Shown: positions 25,223 through 38,635, numbered from the stretch's first letter. The stretch is 64,000 bases of DNA from Utricularia gibba (GCA_002189035.1 NEEC01000013.1:248001-312000), one strand, 5' to 3'. Made by a program: numbers and translations. Notes: generated by a model not told the origin, from the sequence alone.

Positions 25223-26392
25223 TGATAACACATATTTTTGAGTGATGGAGTACATGGAAATTGCTCATATTGTGCTACAAAAATCAAGTTTTATTGCCTA
25301 GTTCTATATTGTTGTGCATAGTACCGTAGTTATGTTATTTTAGTCCTAGTTGGGACTAAATCACAAATTTAGTCCCAATCTTCTAATAGTTTCCTTCGAG
25401 CAATGCAGCACATGTCGACAACACAAATCCTAAGGAGGCGAATATGAACAGTATAATGGCAGATGATGAGGCAGAAGTTTGAAAAGGAGTACACACAAAA
25501 TCCAAGGAGGAGAAAAAGTGGGATTTTGGACAAAAAGGGGGATAAGATGGATAGAGAAAATATCTCCCCTATTAGAGACACACGATATTCTTTCTAGAGA
25601 AGGTTTCTGGAGGGGAAGAAAGAGGAAGACGAATCAAGAACAAAATTGATGTTTCAAGATTATTTTCTGTTTTCCAAAGAATATTACTCTTAACTAAGAG
25701 TAGCTAGCAACATTTCCAGTTTTCTGTTGAACTTTTAAATTCCTTGCTTGTTTATTTTCTAGTAGTCGACTGTGAGAATGAGTGCAATGTGGATGATGTT
25801 TTCTTTTCTATTTTCGTTTATCTTAAGCATGAGTGGCTAATCATTTAGGGGTGCCTTGGGGTGAAAAGGGGAGATTTGTGCTAGTCAATCTTTAGACCTA
25901 ATCAATCATAAGTCACGCCATTTCCTTAACAAATCAGGATAGATCCAGGAGGGGGAAGTAGTGAAACCCATATTTACAACCTTAATTAAAGGTAGACCAA
26001 AGATTAGGGGGAAAACAAGAGTCCGAGTAGACCTAAACCCTGTGTGTTAAGTGTTTAATTTATGGTTTGTGTGAGCATGTTTAATGATAAGCATACATCT
26101 CCAAGGAGTCCCAAGGCATCACCCATTCCGTTGTAGGAACAGCCGAGTTCATAAGCTTGTTACTTTTCTTTACTTTATTTTATCGTAGCTCTGCCTTAGT
26201 CTTAGTTAAAACCAAATTTACCAACGTGACACTGACTCCATGCATTGATAATCACATGACAAGCACCTGCTCTTCGTGTTCAACGCTAATCACTATGCTC
26301 ATAATTGTATTATGTTTTAATGTGTATTAGGTTATAAATTTATTTGATAGGAAAATTGCAATTTAACGGCATTGTAAATTTTTCGTTTATCA
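25223..26392 (+). mobile_element. Solo LTR, Athila-type subfamily C
   Basis: TGATAACAC...GTTTATCA termini; TSD GTACC / ATACC (4/5); shares GTAGACC blocks and a 3' end with subfamily D and internal blocks with 61721-64000. Confidence 0.8.
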
Positions 26393-27034
26393 ATACCCTT
26401 ATCACAAATATTTAAGAAACTACATAAGCCAATATCCCCCGTATTCTAAGGATACCATGTGACATTTCCTCTATATAGCACTTACAATACTACTATTGGT
26501 TGCTTTTAATAACCCTAACGTTGGTGTTGTTTTGTCCTTAGTAACACTTTATCTAAACCATGATCATTTAGAGCAACAATTTGCTTAGTTGTAGATAACA
26601 TATCCCAAACCCTCAATGGGCGAATGGCTTTAGAGATAGCCAACTGTAACATAGTTGAGGTGCAAAGTGGCATGAAACTTAAGGCGCCTAAAGAATGAAC
26701 AAACATTGTGAATTCGCAACAAATAGATATATCAATTGTCACGACCTACCCTCTCCTCGCATGGTATAAATGCGATGGGCGGTTAACAAGCGCCTAGTGC
26801 TATTAATACCCCCCCTGCGCACAATAAAGGCGCTTGACATTGAACACTTTCCAAAACAACTTCATTAATTTCGCTCATCCAACTCCATCCTTTCGGCAAA
26901 CGCGTAGCAGCACCGTGAAAACAGTCTCGTTGACGACCTCTCCAGAATAGCGTCGCGATGGTAGGAACCTTTGCCCTCAGCATTTCAAATTCTTCGTTGC
27001 CATCGTCGAGTAAGATGTCTGTTATTTTCCGTAG

Positions 27035-28168
27035 ATGTTGACGTGTGAGAAACTACGTGCCCGCTTCTCAATTCCAGACGGTTACGCAATGTGGGATAAA
27101 AAACCAGGTGAAACGTCCGACGGCGAACCACCATTCAGAGTTGGAGCATCGGGATTTGCCATCTGCATCGAGCACTTTCAGTGTGGATTGCGACTACCCC
27201 CGCCCCTTTCTTGGTGTAGATACTTGCTGCACTTCAGATCCCACTATCCACCTCACACCACGTTCTGTGGCGCACGTACTTGCATTTCTGCAGATCTGTG
27301 AAGAGGAGGATATACCCCCGGAAATCCGTGTCTTCTTTGTGGTTTCTATTTGTGTGCAACGTAAGGGGAGTCCACACTACTTGCTTCATGGAAAACCTGG
27401 AATGGTTCTGGTTATACACGCGAGAAGTGCATATGATGATTGGTGGACTAGTTTTGTATGAGAATGCCCACCCACGGCTCCAGAATGGCCAAGAACGTTG
27501 ATAGTGTCAGAGAATGTGGGACACCCATTAGGTAATCACAAACAATTACTTTGGATATTCTAACGTCGTCTGCAACAGTACTCATGCTTCTTGCTGTTGT
27601 CGTTGCAGGCATAGAGGTATTGCCAAAACGTGCAGCAAGGAGGTTTGTGAATTTGATCTCTTGCAGAACGAAGTCATTGGAGGACGTCTTGCCCCCCTTT
27701 GTCAACGCCCCTAGGACACAGCATTTGTGGTGTGAAACCCTCGACACCGTAGACAATGTAGGAGTACAAATGAAGATCATGAGGAGGTGACCCATGAAGA
27801 GGATGAAGATGTGCAGCCAGAAGTCAGGGGCAACACGGATGGGCCGACACCGATCTAGACACACGACGATGGGTGCGGTGCTGCCACTACAAAGTATATC
27901 GATGTGGAGAGACTGTACGCAGAGAATCTTGAACTCTGTGGTCGGCTTGCATGGTATGAACAAAGGTGACCATATGATGGAGTGTCGAGTGATAACACAG
28001 GCCCACCATAAAAGTTGTTAATATTTGACGTGAATGGCGTACTTGCGGACATTGTGTATCCTCGCGAAGTTAGGTGGGGAGCGCCGAAGCCGGATGCCGT
28101 CATCTACGGGCGAAGTCAGATAGTGTATCTTCGACTAGGTGCACGTGAGTTGATACAATTTTGCATGG
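27035..28168 (+). pseudogene. Chimeric PF04195-like / FCP1(NIF)-like HAD phosphatase gene, copy 1 (3'-truncated)
   Basis: MLTCEKLRARFSIP...GFAICIEHFQCGLRLP...HLTPRSVAHVLAF...YDDWWTSFV*; phase-1 intron 27532-27608; GIEVLPK...LWC; acidic linker; LYAENLELCGRLAWYEQR*P; KLLIFDVNGVLADIV...IYGRSQIVYLRLGARELIQFCM, then an abrupt switch to Athila env-like sequence at about 28165. Contains frameshifts and stops. Confidence 0.85.
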
Positions 28169-28753
28169 GAAAGACTTTGAGTTTTCTGTTAATGATTTGA
28201 ATGTTGCTCTTGGTTTCGTGTCTCAAACTGAACTTACTTCTGCTCGTTATTTGCAATCTTGCTGTGATTATCCCCCATCATTCGATGTGCATAGTGCTTA
28301 TGGTTCCATGTCTGTGTGCGAACCACTTTTTCTTAGTTCCAAACTCAAGGCCCATCACTTGAGGGCCCTGCGTTGTTAGTTTTGAACATGTATCTTTGAA
28401 ATTGCATGGATCTTGCGTGAACTATGGTATGCTGACTTTGTTAGTTTGTGATCAAACATCGATGGCGGTGGCACTGCATGTTGTAACATCCGGTGCTGTC
28501 ACTGGATTTGAAACCCTGTGTCCGAACGTGGTGCTTCGTAATATGCAACACAAACGAGGTGCTAGTTCGTCACTACTCGATAGCACCACAATGATTGTGG
28601 CAATTTTTGTAGTAGCGCCCTTGCGGAAGAAAGCTTCGCAACGTAGCACCACGCTTGTTCATACGCGGTGCTACCACTAAAGACGTCAGAACACTGTGTA
28701 CCCTATGCAGTACTCGTGCCAGTTACCTGTAGTCATCCTATGCTCACATTTTC
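28165..28753 (+). repeat. Direct repeat of 39342-39959 (Athila env-like fragment joined to an unassigned segment X)
   Basis: About 5 substitutions in the first ~210 bp. The X part is more diverged and has a ~12-bp indel. This copy lacks the 42-bp insert at 39566-39607. Confidence 0.92.
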
Positions 28754-28848
28754 ATGTGGAATACAGTATATTTGCTTGAAGCATTATTAGTAGATGAAAT
28801 ACATCTAACCCATGAGTCCAACATAAGGCCAACCTCCGCACAACAGAT

Positions 28849-29530
28849 TTAAGATCTCCGTTCGGATGCTAAACCACGCACAATCAACTCTCTTTCACAA
28901 TCACTGGAGGCAAGGAAGTAGCGCAACCTCGCAGGGTTGGAACTAATCGTCTCTGCTATGGTAAAACGTTGGATGACAGTTAATTGCAACGGCATACCTC
29001 TAATGATATCCCTTGCCTGACGTTGATTGTCCACCAACTCCCGCATGTGCGCACGTTCAGCTCCTTCATTTCTTTGAGGAACTGCACATCATCGTCGATT
29101 CCCTTGGTCCCCTTCCACTTCGTCCAGTCCGCTGTGACAAGTCGGTGCTATTGTGTGACTCGGAGTTCCTACTAGGCGTGACGTTCACACCCTCCGCAGC
29201 ACAACCAATTGGGTCACAGAGGGCAATTCGTAGATGCTTCTAGATTCTCCTCAACATCTTCCGTGAATTTCCCCTTCCTGGTCGCAGCTACATAGCTCAT
29301 CGTTCTATCTCCTGTAGCCCGATCCTTTCCAAAGATTTCCTGCCACTCCATGTAATATGGCCACGCTTTGTGTCTTAGGAGGCACAGCCTCGGTGCGTGC
29401 TGATATAATAACACGATAAGCACCGGATATAACATCGCGAGAATAGGGCATACATACCTGATCAATTTCCTTCCAAACCTCCTTGTCTGCGTCCACGGTG
29501 TACGTCAACTCACTGAAGCCGGTGCCCGAC
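28849..29530 (-). pseudogene. PIF/Harbinger ORF1 Myb/SANT-like DNA-binding protein, C-terminal portion
   Basis: SGTGFS...VDADKEVWKEIDQ | intron 29457-29400 | HAPRLCLLRHKAWPYYMEWQEIFGKDRATG, matching the Harbinger Myb-protein motif (P-Y-Y-x-x-x-x-x-[IV]-F-G-K-D-R-A-T-G). C-terminal helix ends at 28849. The 5' part is cut by the Athila LTR at 29531. Confidence 0.8.
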
Positions 29531-30884
29531 TGTTAAGTGTCATTTTCTTACTATTTCTTAGGTTGTTTTTATGCTTAATTGTGATAATAAGTGTCTAATT
29601 AGGAGTGTATAATATGGGATTTAGGTTTTTATCTAGTTTAGGGTAATTATCCTAAATCTTGTATTTTATCTATTAATTTTACTAGTTTTAATTGAGTTTT
29701 TCTAGAGGTGCACACATGGCAGGAAGTGAGAGAAAGAGTGCATCAAATGGTGACAAATTGGATCTTCCCGAGCTGACATTCCCTTGATTTACGGAAAACT
29801 GCAGATGCCTAATCATGAGCCTTGACGTGCGGAACACGGGAGTCTCTGATAGGCGACATCATTAGCGTACCAGTGTCAGAGTAGACGTTTGCTTGCAAGT
29901 CATCCCAAGTTTAGCAGAATCATAGGGACACGAAGCTCAAACTCTCATTGAAGTTCACTTCTGTTCAGACAAGCAGAGTTTACTTTCAGTTTTAGTTTTC
30001 CCTTTTGTTTTCTCTCTCTAGAGGATTTTTCTTCTAGCTTCTCTCTAGAACCTTGTTTTGTTTTCTTTAGTTTTTATGGCTGTTCGCGGCTAGAAACTTC
30101 TGTTTCTTGGTTGGAACACCACCAGATCTATGTTTCGTTCGCTTATCTTCACATTTTCTCTGAATCCGAATGGGTTTCGTATGTCTTCGCGCGACTATGT
30201 TGCAGTCTTTCTGTAACAGTCCCCTAATTCAAGATTCATGGTTAGCTGATCACTTCCCGCGAGTTTTGGAGAGGAGCAAGGTGGAGAGCACCAACTCACG
30301 CCCCTTTGGCAGGAGGAAGACTACGTTTTGTCTGTGGCCGTACCTCAGGATAAATGGACAAGTAGTGACCTCGTATCTAGACTCATTGAGTCATTGGCAA
30401 CACTTGGGCACACGCGCACAATTCGGCCGTGAGGGTACGCTGGCAGGACCTCTTATTCTCACGTTCGTCCAAGGCGGAACAACATCGGGCTATTCCCGTG
30501 CCTTCTTGCAAGAGAGTGTAAGGGAGGGTAGGCAATTCCTTACTCCTATAACCGAGTACTCGAGAAGACCAGAGAAGAGTGAAGACGCAACGAACATAAC
30601 TAGACAGGATTCCAAACCCAAGAACATTTACTTTATTTAAGGTTCATCGCTTACGTTTATTTTAGTTGTTTGCTCAAAACCCCTCTTATTCCCTTACTCA
30701 AGCTTCATCATCAACGTTTCTTGCACCTTTTACCTTCAAAACCGTTTACAAATCGTGACAGTTGTATTCGGGGTACCTCACCTTTCACTCAAAAAAAAAT
30801 CCATGTGTTCGACACCCGTACTACGCTTTTGTGTTTTACGAGATTTAAAAGTATTAAAATTTGTTGTGAAAATGACACGCATCA
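29531..30884 (+). repeat. 5' LTR of the Athila element (subfamily A)
   Basis: TGTTAAGTGTC...CGCATCA, followed after 6 nt by the PBS; homologous to the solo LTRs at 3289 and 19105. Confidence 0.95.
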
Positions 30885-30890
30885 AATTTT

Positions 30891-30908
30891 TGGCGCCGTT
30901 GCCGGGGA
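30891..30908 (+). other. Primer-binding site complementary to tRNA-Asp
   Basis: TGGCGCCGTTGCCGGGGA, the standard Athila PBS. Confidence 0.92.
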
Positions 30909-31199
30909 GTTGAATTTTGTTTTGTGTTTGGTGTTGTTTGTGTGAGTTTCGTTTTATTTTTCCCTTTTGTCTTTTTTTCTTTCTATTTTTCTTTCTGTTT
31001 TTCTTTCTTTTCCTTATTGTTTCTTTTCTTGTTTCCGTTTCTGCTCTGTTTTTTTCTTTTTATGCAGCCAGGTCCACCAAGGGCCCATCCAAGCCTGAGA
31101 TCTTACCGAGAAGTTCTATATCCTTTGGACCAAGAGGTGGAACGAAACTTTATTGCCAAAAAGAGAGAACAGACATCCTATTCAACCACTGGAGACATC

Positions 31200-33432
31200 A
31201 TGGCAGCCCATGTACCCGTTGGAGTACTACTAGTGCCTGAGACCCAAGGAGAACATCCTCATGGAAACTTTCCGGTACTACTTCCACTAACCGTGGGCCA
31301 GCACTACGGACCATCAAGGAGGAAATCACTGCAAATCATTCAGACTGTCCCTTATGCATCATCTTTGATGGAGAAGAAGACTATGAGCTACGACCTTACT
31401 TATTCCAGACGCTTCCAAAGTTTGCTGGAAGGGAAAATGATGACCCTAACCGTCATCTACATGAGTTACACACAGCTTGTGCATCCATGCGCCCCAAGGG
31501 AGCCACGGAGAATCAAGTCAAGCTTAGAGTGTTGCCCTTCAGTCTTACCGAACGAGCTTTGGAGTGGCTCTATGGACTTCCACCTTCATTTATCGCCACA
31601 TGGGAGCAGATGGTTCAAAAGTTCTTGGATCTCTATGCACCATTAGGAAGAGCTTCAGCCGGAAGGAGAGCCTTAACAACCATGATGCAGAGTGAAGGAG
31701 AAAACTTGCAGGAGTATTATGATTGTTTCAACCGAATCTTCAACTGCTACCCTCAGCATGGACTCACTGAAGGCCAGATCTTGCAGCACTTCTATGAAGG
31801 ATCGACTCCTATGATCCGAGGACAGATGGATGCCGCTTGTAATGGATCATTATTAGCGAATCGTCACAGTGCTTATGCTCGGAGACTCATTTAACAAATG
31901 GCTGATAATTCCTATTCTACAGCCAATCGTTATGAGAACTCCTTTAGACCACCTGGCATTGGAACAGCGAAAGCGGTCTATGGAGCGGACAACTCAGAAG
32001 TATTGGCTCATCTTGCAGCAATGAGCGATACGTTGAAGTTTGGTCTTCAAGCCTTGCTTCAACAAAGGGAAGGATATCAAGGAACCTCAAGTTCTATGCC
32101 ATCTCACTTTGACTCTGGATTGAGAGTTCTTGAAATGCCAGTGGAAGAAGTCAATGCCTTTTATCAGAACCAAGGAGGGACGTACAACTATGGAAATTAT
32201 CAAATGCCTCGAAGAGACCATCCTGGTTTTCGTTGGAGACAGCCAGCACCCCATGGTCAAGCACCATCATTAGGGAACCCACCTAGTATTCCTTAGAAGA
32301 CTATCATTGGACCACCTCAACCATTGCAAATCACCGGACCTCAAGAATAACACATGGTTCCGTACCAACCGAACCACAGTTTAGAGGCCATGGTCAAATC
32401 TCTTGCTGAAAGCACCTCCAAGATGCATGCTGAGTAGAAGGACATGAAGCACCAAATCACAAGTATTCAAGGCCAGATTACTCAGCTTGCATAAGCAATG
32501 AACCGTTTCGAAACAAAGGGAGGATTGCCATCACAGCTAGTGCAGAATCCAGAGCACATAAATGCCATCTCGCTGAGAAGTGGAACTGACCTACCAGACC
32601 CTTACCATGGTTCACAAACAAGGTAGATAGGTCCGAAGAAAAGGAGCTGGAGGTCATAGAGAGTGATTCTGATGTTGATGAAGAAATCATTGGTGAGGAT
32701 CTAGATGATTCACCAATGCAGAACAATGGTGTTCCGAAGCCACTTGAAGATGTTCAAGCGAAGGAGGCAATTGAAGTTCCTCAGACCAAGCCATTGGTCA
32801 TACCGCCACCCTTCCCGATGAGGCTTCGAAGAAGGAACAAGGACAAAAAAGGACTGAAAACTTTTATGGAAATGATGAAGAAGGTTAATGTTTCTATTCC
32901 TCTTCTTGATATGATTGAACAAGTTCCCAAGTATGCCAAGTTGCTAAAGGACCTATGTGACCCAAAGAAGAAAGCAAAGGTGGAACAAGAAGTGATCCTT
33001 TTGACCGAAAACATTTCAGCCATCATTCAAAGGAGAATGCCACGTAAGTGTAAGGATCCTGGTATGTTTTCAATTTCTGTTACCATTGGAAATACAAAGA
33101 TTTCAGTAGCTATGTGTGATCTTGGTGCCTCGGTTAATGTTATGCCTAGATCTCTTTATTTATCTCTTGCATCTAAGTTAGGCAAACTTGAACCGACGAA
33201 TGTTGTATGCCAATTAGCAGATAGATCACAAGTTACACAAGATGGTAGAATTGAAGATGTTTTTGTTCATGTTAAGGATTTAGTTTTTCCAACTGACTTT
33301 TTGGTTATTCCCATGGAAAGTGATAACCCTAAGGTTTCGGAGTCCATTATTTTGGGACGATCATTCATGGCTGCTGCAGGTACAAAGATTGATGTTCAAG
33401 CAGGCACCATCAGTCTTCAGTTCGACAGATAG
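31200..33432 (+). pseudogene. gag: gag and aspartic protease of the Athila element
   Basis: LPKFAGRENDDPNRHL...KLRVLPFSLTERALEWL (retrotransposon gag); PPPFPMRL; KCKDPGMFSISVTIG...CDLGASVNVMP (protease). In-frame stops at 31892, 32294 and 33430. Confidence 0.9.
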
Positions 33433-36400
33433 GTGCTGGACTTCAGTCTTGACAAAGCCATGAAGCATCCTGATCAGATTAGTGAGATACATGCGATCTC
33501 CACATGTGAAACTGATACTGATCACTATACGATGATCCATGAACAAGGGCCCGAATCTTATTTAGATATGGAGATTTTGCAATCTGAAGACTTTCCTTTT
33601 GCTGAACTTGAAGTCTTCAATCATTCAGATGATCCACCCGACGAACCTCATGTGCAGGATGTTTCTTTTCTTAGCTTGGAAACACCTAGCGAGCCGCTAG
33701 TTCCTTCCGTTATTCGAGCACCATCATTAGAGTTAAAGACTTTGCCCGAACATTTGAAATATTTGTTTCTTGGTGATGATGAGACCCTACCTGTTATTGT
33801 TTCTAGTTCACTAACCTTGGAATAGGAGGAGAAGCTTAAGGCTATGCTTCAGGAGCACAAACAAGCAATTGGTTGGACTTTAGTTGACATCAAGGGAATC
33901 AGCCCTTCTATTTGCACTCATAGGATTTACCTAGAGGATGGGACGAAGCCATTTCGACAGCCACAGAGGAGACTGAACCCCCCGATGGTCGAAGTGGTCA
34001 AGAAGGAGATTTTGAAGCTGTTATCCGCAGGTATCCTATCTCTGACAGTGAGTGGGTTAGCCCTGTGCAGGTTGTCCCAAAGAAGACTGGTATCATAGTG
34101 ATGAACAATGAACAAGGGGAACTTATTCCCATGAGAGTGCAGAATGGTTGGAGGATGTGTGTGGACTATCGCAAGCTTAATTCCGCCACCAGGAAAGACC
34201 ACTATCCCCTTCCTTTTATAGACCAAATGCTTGAACGACTTGCAGGGAAAAGCCACTATTGTTGCTTAGATGGATACTCCAGTTTCCACCAAATTCTCGT
34301 GGCTCTTGAAGATCAATCCAAGGTAGTTTTTGTTTTCCCTTTTGGAACTTTTGGCTATCATAGGATGCCATTTGGACTATGCAATGCACCTGCCACTTTC
34401 CAAAGATGCATGGTGAGTATCTTTTCGGAGTATGTGGAAGAGATTATTGAGGTCTGATAAACGGAAATTCCTAATATCGTTGCAATAAAAATAGAAAATC
34501 CGTTATCAAATAAATTTATAATCCCTAATCTACACAAAATACAAATTTAGAAAACTTGTATAGTGGATATCGGGGTCGATTATGAAGAGCTTGTGCTTGC
34601 TAAGTGTTTTAATAAATGCATGATTTCGGATAACAGTAGGTCTGAGTCTAAGCTCGGACTAACAGTGGTAAACAAGTTCAGTAAACAAGGTAGGTAAGCA
34701 ATATCAGGTTTCAATGCTAAAGTGACAGGTGCTGGTTCTAATTTAGAATAATACGATGATGCCTTAAGGATCTGCAGGTGGTGTGGTGCTAAAATGTCTA
34801 AGTTAAATTACCATGTTCCTACACTCACAACTTCAAATCACCTAGGTCTACCCAGGTTATTTGTCATATTTTCGGCTAAGCTAGTCTCCAATATCATCAC
34901 CAACTTTACAATTAGGTCTACCCGCATGCAAAGTGTATAGAACTAGGTCTCCCCGGTTCTACTGGTTCTACCCCGGACTAACACCTACTGCGCCCGCCTT
35001 GATTTGTTGGTCTACCTCTAAACCAAGCTTCTTAGTTGTGAAGTTACTTGTTCCCCTCCTTAGGTCTACCCATGGAATGATAGAAACAAGAACTAAGAAA
35101 CAATAATGAATTTTACTAAGATTACTAGACCCACATCACCATGCTTCTCCTTAAGACATCCCTAAGGTTTTAGCTACTCATACTTTGAAGGTTAAGCATG
35201 ATAGCATTAACATAAAACAAAAAAATGTCAAGAGCATTGTGAAAGAGTTGCGTGTAGAAACTGAAAACATCAACAAACTAAAGTAAAGCAGTAAGAATTC
35301 AGTTTTCCTTCTGCTATTGTTCCCTGGCCGGAACAATAGCACTGGACTAGGTTTTGATGTTGTTCTTAAGGGTGAAGTCCTTCTTCTCTCATGGTTTGTG
35401 TTCTTCGTGTTGGAGTTGGAGGAGAAGCCCCCTCGGGTGCTCTCCGTGCTCCACCCCCATCTGCCTGCTTGTTCTTTTTGCTCCACTTCCCGCTTTCTCT
35501 TCTTTTCGAAATTAATATCTTCCCTCATTTACTCCCACGCACTGTTCCTGACACCAGCACTGTTCTCGGCCTGAACTTGCAGACTGCAAGCGGCAGAACA
35601 GTGCCCTTTGACTCCTGCAGCTTGGTGACTTGCACGAAATCCAAATTTCTTCCTTGACTTTCGGGTTGCTGCTAGACTCCAAAATCGGGTTAGACATGGG
35701 GTGGGCTAAATCAAAGGATTTAGCCCACTAATACACCAAAAATCATATTTTCCCTAATCAAATAAAAATACTAAAAATTATAAAATTAACGTTTAAACAT
35801 AATTAAAAATTTATGATTTTTCATATCTTAAAACATGAAAATTTGTGTGTTATCAAGGTCTTTATGGATGATTTCACTGTTTATGGCAATAGTTCTAATG
35901 AATGCTTAGGAAACTTATCTTTGATTTTGAAAAGATGTGTTGTGACTAACCTTGTGCTTAACTATGAGAAGTGCCATTTTATGGTTGAGCAAGACATCAT
36001 TTTGGGACATGTAGTTTCCAAGAAAGGGATTGAAGTGGACAAAGCAAAGGTTGAGGTAATCCAAAAGCTACCTTACCCTACTTGTGTTCGAGACATTCGC
36101 TCCTTTCTTGGTCATGCGGGATTCTATAGAAGGTTTATCCAAGATTTTTCAAAAATTGCATCCCCCTTATGTTTCTTGTTACACAAAGATGTTGATTTCA
36201 TTTTTGATGAAAATTTTCGGTTAGCTTTTGACACTTTGAAGGAAAAACTTGTTTCGGCCCCTATCATTCAGGCACCTAACTGGAATTTGCCTTTTGAGCT
36301 AATGTGTGACGCTAGTGATGTAGCATTAGGAGCAGTCCTCGGACAGAAGTTGGAGAAGGCATCACATGTGATCCACTATGCCTCAAAGTGTCTGGATGAT

Positions 36401-37950
36401 GCACAGCGGAATTACACTACAACAGAGAAGGAGCTTTTGGTCATCATTTTTGCATTGGAAAAATTCTGACCCTACTTGCTCGGAGCCAAGATCATTGTTT
36501 ACTCTGATCATGCAGCATTGAGGTATCTCCTCAACAAAAAGGATTCAAAACCTCGTCTTATCAGATGGATCCTATTACTCCAGGAGTTTGACATAGAAAT
36601 CCAAGATAAGAAGGGATGCGAGAATTTGGTAGCAGATCATCTTAGCCGCATCACCTCTGGAGAAGAATCCAGCCCATTGGCGACAACTTCCCTGATGAGC
36701 ACTTATTCATGATCCATGATGGAAGTCCCTTGTACGCAGACAATGTGAATTTTCTTGTAACAGGACATTTTCTAGAGGACTTCCAGCCTCATCAAAAGGA
36801 GAAGTTGCGGAGTGACAATATGCACTACACTTGGGACGACCCATACCTGTGGAAGATTGGGCCTGATCAAATCCTTCGTCGGTGTATCCCTCAAGGTGAA
36901 GTGAATTCAATTCTTACTCATTGCCATGAACTACCTTGTGGGGGTCATTTTGGTCCAAAGGTCACAGTTAATAAGGTATTGGAAGCTGGCTTCTATTGGC
37001 CTACTCTCTTCCGAGACGCATACCTTCATTGCAAGGCATGCCCTAATTGCCAAAGAGGTGGAGGAATAGGTTTCAGGGACCATATGCCACTTCAGCCCAT
37101 CGTGATGTGCGAAATTTTCGATGCTTGGGGTATTGACTTCATGGGACCATTCCCTTCATCAAAGGGAAAGATTTATATCCTTCTTGCTGTTGATTACGTC
37201 TCCAAGTGGGTTGAAGCCATGGCATGTGAGAAAGATGACGCAAGGACTGTAAGCTATTCCTTGACTTCTTACATTTTCCCTAGGTTTGGTTATCCTAAGA
37301 TTCTCATTTCCGATAGAGGTACCCACTTCGTGAACCATGTCATAAGGGCCATGCTAACAAAATTTGGTGTTCATCATCGTCTTTCTACAGCTAGGCATCC
37401 TCAGACTAATGGGTAGGCTGAAAACTCAAATCAAGAGATCAAATGCATCCTAGAACGAACAGTGAATCTGACTAGAAGAGACTGGAGTCTCAGGCTGAAT
37501 GATGCGTTATGGGCCTACCGCATAGCTTACAAAAATCCCATTGGAATGTCTCCCTTTCACATGATCTATGGAAAGTCTTGCCACCTTCCAGTAGAGATTC
37601 ATCACAAAGCGTACTGGGCCATCAAAGCATGCAACATGATTAGTGACCAAGCAGGAGAAAAGAGACTGCTTGATCTGAACGAATTAGAGGAAATCCGCTT
37701 GAATGCCTACTCCAATCACTTGATCTACAAGGAGAAGGTAAAACACTTCCATGACATTAAGTTGCATGAAAAGAAATTTCGAGTTGGTCATAAAGTTCTT
37801 TTATATAATACCACTTTGAAATTTTTCCTGGAAAACAGAGATCTAAATGGCAAGGACCTTATGAAGTTTCACATGTTTTCCCTTATGGTGTTGTTGTTAT
37901 CCGTTCTTATGAGACAGGGAAATGTTTCAAGGTCAATGGCCATAGGTTGA
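33433..37950 (+). pseudogene. pol: pol (RT, RNase H, integrase), split by a solo LTR insertion
   Basis: WRMCVDYRKLN, MPFGLCNAPATFQRCM, IEV / FMDDF on either side of the insertion, MCDASD...YTTTEKELL, H-H-C-C zinc finger, WGIDFMGPFP, ISDRGTHF, HPQTNG. Confidence 0.95.
34455..35855 (-). mobile_element. Solo LTR, Athila-type subfamily D, inserted antisense into RT
   Basis: TGATAAAC...TTATCA termini; perfect TSD AGGTC (34450-34454 / 35856-35860); reverse complement of 22083-23495. Confidence 0.97.
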
Positions 37951-38635
37951 AACCATATTATGAGAACTTCCAGCCGCAAAAAACTTGCTGTTTGCTCTTA
38001 ATCGAGGATCATCAGTAGTGTACCAAGTCGGTCAACGACTTGAAATTGGCGCTGCGCGGGAGGAAACCCGTGAGTTAATTTTCTCTTTCTTCTTTTACTT
38101 TTGTCTGACGTTGAAGGTTCCGCAAGATTCTGTTGGGATTACACAATATCCCACACATCATTACCGAGAGAAATTGAATATTTTGCTTTCCTTTCCCCCC
38201 ATGATTATCCTCCGTGGGACCTTCTCTCACCATAACTACCTATTTCCCCATTCACACCACTACTTCTACCACTTTCCCCACTTTTCCGTAAGACACTTCC
38301 ACCACTTCTACAAATTTCCAGTTTACTTTCTTCCTCACCTTGTGATCCATCGTAACCAACAGCCATGAAGGGAACCCCTCTGCTTCATCCTTCGTACCCC
38401 TATTAGGAAACCCCGCACAGCTAGGCAACGCAAGGCCGTCATTGAAGGTCCATCACAGAGGAACCGACAGCATTCTGCTTCACCCTCACCTAGACCTCAC
38501 AAACGCCAGTCTGTGCCTCCACCAGAAACTTCATCTTGGGAGATTTCTTCACTGTTTTCCCTAGTTCCTTTAGCCGTACTCCCTCCTATTTTGTACCTTC
38601 CATGGAAAGAATAGGATTCTTCGGCAGCCTAGGAA

